Shown here: piece after piece, positions 33,250-39,136 of the stretch
Position numbering within the stretch: position 1 is the stretch's first letter
How the letters are laid out: the number at the start of each line of letters is the position of its first letter
NCBI RefSeq assembly: GCF_006345805.1
Contig: NW_021835717.1
Coordinates: 1-39,136, forward strand
DNA from: Octopus sinensis
Taxonomy: Eukaryota
Length of the DNA: 39,136 nt
Direction of reading: 5' to 3'
The notes under the pieces: model-generated
Told to the model about the DNA's origin: nothing
Database searches by the model: none
The model's input: only the letters and a program-made list of their open reading frames with translations
Position numbers and translations under genes: made by a program

Positions 33250-33527
33250 CACACACGTATATATGCATGTATGTATGTATGTATGTATGTATGTGTGTGT
33301 GTATGTATGTATGTATGTATGTATGTATGTATGTTTGTATGTATGTATGTATGTATGTATGTATGTATGTACGTATGTATGTATGTATGTGTGAATGTGT
33401 GAATGTATGTATGTATTATGTATGTATGTATGTATGTATTTATGTATTTATGTATTTATGTATGTATATATGTATGTATGTATTATGTATGTATGTATGT
33501 ATGTATGTGTGTATTATGTATGTATGC

Positions 33528-33558
<31 letters not shown>

Positions 33559-33561
33559 TGC

Positions 33562-33592
<31 letters not shown>

Positions 33593-33651
33593 TTATGTAT
33601 GTATATGTATGTGTGTATGTATGTATGTATGTGTGTATTATGTATGTATGC

Positions 33652-33682
<31 letters not shown>

Positions 33683-33797
33683 TGTATGTATGCATATGTA
33701 TGTATGTATGTATGCATATGTATGTATGTATTATGTATGTATTTATTTATGTATGTATTTATATATGTATGTATGTATGTATGTATGCATGTATGTA
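33250..33797. repeat. Degenerate (ATGT)n array with recurring TATT/GCAT interruptions
   Basis: Direct reading. Confidence 0.96.
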
Positions 33798-33888
33798 TCA
33801 GCAGCTGGTGACGGCCGGAAGCCTTTGATGTTATGCCCATTCATTTAGGGTTGATTTGAGGGGGTAGATAATATATATATATTTATAC

Positions 33889-33933
<45 letters not shown>

Positions 33934-34633
33934 GTTTCCACTCTATTTAGAGAGGAAAATAACAACACCGAAAGCTTGTCATTCAGTCAGAAGTGGTTCA
34001 GGCAGTAAATGGGGCGGGTCGTCAGGGAGTTGGAGAGAAAAATCCCTAATATTAATTCTCGACCTTGAGTTCAAATCCAACTGAGATTAACTTTGCCTTT
34101 TCCCCCCTTCAAGGGGGGGCGAGAAAAAAAAGCATCAATTCAAGATAGTAGATTGGTAAAATTGTAATAAAGACGAACAGCATTCTTTACGGTACTTGTT
34201 ATGTCCCTCTGCGTTCTGGGTTCAAATCCCGACATGGGAATGGGAGGAGTCTATGGGGTTGGGGTAGACTTCATCCATCATTCGGATTACGTCTACGTCG
34301 CTAAATGACACTTTGGTCTCTCTTTAGTAGAGTCTATTCTGTTGCAAATATTTGGGGGCGAGTCTCCCTTCCACCAGCCCAGGGAAAGGGATCCTGTAAA
34401 GATGGAGAAGGAAAAAAATTGGTAAGTGAAGTTATGCACTCTCCCTTTTAACTGTAAATACGCGCGCACGCGCACGCATGCACACACACACATACACACA
34501 CATTCACACACACACTCGATTATACATATACAAATAATGTTATAAACTGTCATACACACAAAGATAAGTATATACACAATACATATGTGTATGTATACAT
34601 ACATATATATATATATATACGTATAAATATACA

Positions 34634-34685
<52 letters not shown>

Positions 34686-35312
34686 TATATCAGTGTGCGT
34701 GTGTAATCCAAAGAGCTAGCGGCAAATATTTACATATTTGACAAGTGTGTACGGAATGTCGTGCACGATAAATCCTTAATTCATTTTAATTTCTTTAATG
34801 GAGAGAGAAGATAACTAAAAGCCCAGCAGCAACACATGACATTAACATTAATTTCGCAGTCAAAGTGAGAAGAATCTACTCTTTACAGATTCATCCATTA
34901 GCGTTTCTTATATCCACAAGATTCCCCATTTTCTACATTCGTTATTACCTTAATCAAAATTCCCACTGTATAATTAGTTATTTTTGTCTCTCTGGCCCCG
35001 GTTCGATTTGTCTGAGTTATAAGCTAATTATAATCTGTAACTTTTATTGTTAAATCTATAAGCTTAGATATACAATAATTTTTGTTTTTCTTCTTTATTT
35101 TCGTATGCATCTCATTATCTTGTATCCTACATCTCACGGTTTCATTTATTCCGTATCGTCTTCTAAACACTTCAATATAATGATACTGTTCTTAATATCT
35201 GTTATTGTATTTAGGAATGGTCATTTTGCCAGTTAAGCCAGTAGGAATACAAAATACAAAATGGCTGACCGTTAGTAATGAGAGACACACAAATAAAAAA
35301 GAAGAAAGCAAA

Positions 35313-35357
35313 GGACCACTGATGAGGTCACAGGAGTGTGACGAAAGAACTCTGTCC
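35313..35357 (+). ncRNA. Type I hammerhead ribozyme motif (minimal stem III variant)
   Basis: GGACCA CTGATGA G GTCACA ggag TGTGAC GAA AG aa CT C TGTCC: core CUGAUGA/GAAA, perfect 6-bp stem II, 2-bp stem III, CUC triplet, stem I GGAC(C)A/TGTCC with one bulge, one extra G after A9. Confidence 0.7.
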
Positions 35358-36054
35358 GAAATAAGATTAAGATTAATGTAAAAAATAAATAACGCTGAAG
35401 CAGAGTAACACCAAAATGACCGTTCTGAAATACAACAACATCTGTTTCAACACACGATTTCACATCAAGAATCTTGCAAAACAAATATATAAACGTTCTT
35501 AATATCATTATATTATAAATCTCCTGGCACTCTGAAGCGAGCAATTATGTTGTATACAAAACTTGCTCGAAGTATTTTTGTTCTATGAGTTGCTTATATA
35601 TTAATACAAATACTATCCTTCTTTCCTTATAGATAAATTTGCAATCCGAGTCGTAGACACGATATGGTTAGATGGTTAAGAAGTCCGCTTTGTAAACTCG
35701 CGGACGCGGGTTTGGTCCCACTGCGCGTCGTTTTTTGACGACCAAATGAAACTTTTGTCAGACTTGGATCGACCTATTGAAGGATGCTGTCAGGCTGTAA
35801 AAAACACGTAGGACATGTCATTGCGAAAACTCTATCTTGAGGATAGCCTGTTAGCACTTGTATTCTTGTATTTTAAATATATATATATATATTGGAGCAT
35901 GTTTATAAATAGGCATGTCAGTGTATATATGTGGCTGGGTTCCGAAAAAGAAAGTGCGCATTTACACATACACACATGCGCACTCACACACACACAGACA
36001 CATCAAATACACAAGACACACACACTTATATGTACATATGCATATATATAGATT

Positions 36055-36486
36055 CGTGTGTATAAGTATGTATGTATATGTATGGATGTACGTATATGTA
36101 TATATGTCAATAACTGTGAGTGTATGTGTGCGCTTATGTGTGTGTGTTTGTGTGAGTGTAGGAGTGTATCTGTGTGTGTGTGTATTTATGTGTTTGTTTG
36201 CGTCTATGTGTGTGTGTGTTTGTGGGACGGGGGGGTGAAATATTATATATCAGCTGTTAATCTATCTGTGGTTATATGCATATCATTGTGTTGTGTGTGT
36301 GCGTCTGAAGGCGTATGTGTGCGCGTGTGTAAATATGCGTGCACGGCACGTGTGTGTGTGTGTATATGTGAGTATGTGTGTGTGTGCGTGTGTGTGTGTG
36401 TGAGTGTGTATGTGTGTGTGTGTGAGTGTATGTGTCTGACGTTGAATTTAGTACGTGTTTATGTTTACATATGTGAGTTTCGTAAT

Positions 36487-36528
<42 letters not shown>

Positions 36529-36585
36529 ACACACACACACTCACACACATATGTATGTATTTATGTATGAATTTTATGTATGTAT

Positions 36586-36624
<39 letters not shown>

Positions 36625-36690
36625 TTGTGTGTGTGTGTGTGTCTGTGTGTGTCTGTGTGTGTGTGTGTGTGTCAGTGTGTGTGTGTGAGT
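36055..36690. repeat. Degenerate (GT)n/(CA)n/(AT)n complex
   Basis: Direct reading. Confidence 0.93.
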
Positions 36691-36959
36691 GTACGCTGAA
36701 GAGAAAGGGAGTTACAAAGAAACCGAGGCTGTCAGGGAATGTGAGGGTGAGTGGTGAGTGTGAGGTGTGAGTGACGTCTATATATAAAGGGATGTTATAT
36801 GGAGTGTAACTGGAGTGTTAACATCATTCTGCCTTTGTAGCTTTTCCCCACAAGATGTCTCCACTTGTTTATCTTGTTCTTGTCACTGTCTTCGGTAAGT
36901 CGGACATTCTTCACAACACATTTTTCTTCTTTTCTTTTTTGTGTTTTCCAAAACATTCT

Positions 36960-37900
36960 TCGTCACCGCCGTCTTCCTCGTCTTCGTAATCTTTGTCATC
37001 TTTTTTCTTCTTTCTTTTCTTTTTCTTTCATTTTTTCTTTCTTTCTTTCTGTCTTTATTTCTTTCATTCTTCTTCTTCTTCTTCTTCGTCTTCTTCTTCT
37101 TCTTCTTCTTCTCTTCTTCTTCTTCTTCTTCTTCTTCTTCTTCTTCTTCTTCTTCGTCTTCTTCTTCACCATCATCATCATCAACATCATCATCATTATC
37201 ATCATTTTCTTCTTCTTCTACATCATCATCATCATCACCATCATCTTCTTCTTCTTCTACATCATCATCATCATCACCATCATCTTCTTCTTCTTCTACA
37301 TCATCATCATCATCACCATCATCTTCTTCTTCTTCCTCTTCTTCCTCTTCTTCTTCATTATCATCATCATCATTAGCAGCAGCAGCATTATCATCCTCTT
37401 CTTCTTCTTCTCTCTCTCCTTCATCTTCATCATCATCTTATTCTTCTTCATCTCCTCCTCCTCCACCTTCCTCTTCTTTCTCTCTTTCGTTTCCTTCCTT
37501 TATGTCTTCCTTCTTTACTTTTACTTTTGCTCCTTCTCCTTCCCGTTCTTTCTTCTTTTCTTCTTTTATTTTCCTTCATCCTATCTTTTTTTCCTCTTAT
37601 TCTCTTTCTTCTTTTATTTTGCTATTATTCTCCTCTCCCGCCTTTCTTTGTCAAATTTCTTTCCATCCATTCTCTTTCTTTCTCATTCATTTCATTCCAT
37701 TTCTTTCAAATAACTTCTTCATTTGCCATTGCTTTGTTCTTTCAATGTTTCGTTGCTTTTACCGCTTCTCTCTTTCCTTCCTTCTTCCTTCCCTTCATTT
37801 CTATTTTTTCCTTCTTATTTTTTATTTCATTCATTCCTCTTTTCCCCAAATCTCTTTCACTGTATCTTTCTTCGTTGTATTCTTTTGTTGCTTTCATTCA
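36960..37900. repeat. ~1-kb pyrimidine-rich tract with (TTC)n/(ATC)n core
   Basis: Direct reading; stop-poor, hence the spurious 445-aa and 282-aa ORFs. Confidence 0.95.
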
Positions 37901-38018
37901 ACTTTCTTCGCTCTACTTCTCTATCTCTCTCCATATTTTTCGTGTGTGTCTGTGTGTGAGTGTTGTGCTTGTGTGTGTGGTTATGTATTGTATATATATA
38001 TATATATGCATACAAATA

Positions 38019-38097
<79 letters not shown>

Positions 38098-38559
38098 TAG
38101 ATTTTCAAATAACTCATTCGTTTTTGTAAGAGACATGTGGGATAAAGGTAGATTTATGTTTTATGTACATGTATATTTACATACACTAACGCATGTAGTC
38201 ATTGCATGGCTCCATCCATGTCCTCCATGTCTCCCCTCTCCATCTTCAACTACATTCAACAAAAGTGTAATTCCGTAACCTGTTGAGTTAATGTAATTAA
38301 ATGTTCTTAAGGATTCCAAGTGCATTTTCAACAATATTTCGTAATACGTCACCTTTATATATTTTTGTATGCGCATATCTGTGTGCACGTGTACGTGTAT
38401 ATGTTTGTGTGTACGATCGGTTTTTGGAGTTCCGGTGTCCACCTTGGATTGAGTGAAAATGTAACAGGTGGATGTTTGTTTTTCGGTGGAATGTGAAGTT
38501 TTCCAAAGCAAAATTGTTGCAGTGGACGAAACTGGAAAAACTCCATATTTATATAAAAC

Positions 38560-39010
38560 AACCTTCACAATGTGTACATACGTATTTTCATCGGCTTCAA
38601 GTGTTTCCCGTAAAACAGATCCTATTTCGACTGTCTTCACCTTTAAGTCGGTTGTTCTCTACTGAGGTACTTAATTGCACACACTTTCCAATATCCAAAA
38701 TCTTCCATCTCTGCAATACATTCTGTTCAGAGCGAAACTGTGCAGCAAGTTCACCGCTTGTGAGTCGTCAGTCGACGCCAACCAATTCGCTCTCCCCCAC
38801 CGGCTAACGTTTCGTGTCAGAGGTCACAGTTGATGGTCTTCCACTACATGATTTGCCTTCAAAGCTAATTTCCTCTTTTTCAAACTTCATCAGCCTCTAC
38901 AAGTCATCTCTGCAAACAGACTGCGACATTTTATGGATGTCCGATAACCAGCACCCTTCCTTCTTTACGAACTCAATGACAGCATATTGCTTCTAACTGG
39001 AACCATTTAT
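38560..39010 (-). mobile_element. Decayed mariner transposase N-terminal half
   Basis: Minus translation with stops and frameshifts: KQYAVIEFVKKEG...DIHK...S(C)SGRPST...D*RLTSGELA...GYWKVCA...LKVKTVEIGSVLRETLEADENTYVHIV, matching the mariner QRAVIEF / RSGRP / DRRLT..ELA / GYRKVCARW / HIVTGDE series. Confidence 0.78.
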
Positions 39011-39136
39011 TTGCCAACAATGTAGAAGTACAAGAAGAACGGTTACAAAAGAGCGAAAATTACTCTATCAACAGATGCAATTAGAGCGACCAGTGTCAGT
39101 TAATACACTGCAATCGGTAAAACTCTGTATGGTTCA

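Noticed and set aside
30412-33848. Long MYVC-/HTYI-/poly-I/poly-L ORFs (also 125-676, 17439-18412, 29885-30425)
   Set aside because: Translations of (ATGT)n, (GT)n and (ATT)n microsatellites in multiple frames.
36865-38278. 445-aa Ser-rich and 282-aa Phe/Ile-rich ORFs
   Set aside because: Produced by a stop-poor polypyrimidine/(TTC)n/(ATC)n tract; alternative start codons, no domain, and the frame reads through AT/GT microsatellites.

Overview
Eukaryotic, AT-rich, microsatellite-saturated non-coding DNA. The SINE repertoire, Dong/R4-type LINE relics, mariner fossils and extreme (AT)n/(GT)n/(ATGT)n density best fit an octopus (cephalopod) intron or intergenic region; this is an inference from recognised repeat types, not a database match. 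No intact host protein-coding exon could be supported, and nearly all ORF-track entries are microsatellite or SINE read-throughs. Contents: ~30 tRNA-headed SINE copies in several modular families (working labels A, B, C, D, E), three R4/Dong-like LINE 3' fragments next to trinucleotide arrays, four Tc1/mariner fossils (one DD37D/maT-type), one complete non-autonomous Helitron, and several mini- and microsatellite structures. Most unusual: (1) a 5.8S rRNA copy fused to a full SINE and inserted as one TSD-bounded unit inside an older SINE; (2) a 5S rRNA copy with near-intact Pol III boxes fused directly to the SINE/LINE 3' tail, a candidate SINE3-type element; (3) repeated insertion of one SINE family at the same GGTAT(T) site in related SINEs; (4) two type I hammerhead ribozyme motifs (8614-8664 minus, 35313-35357 plus); (5) compensatory covariation in the shared retroposon 3' hairpin.
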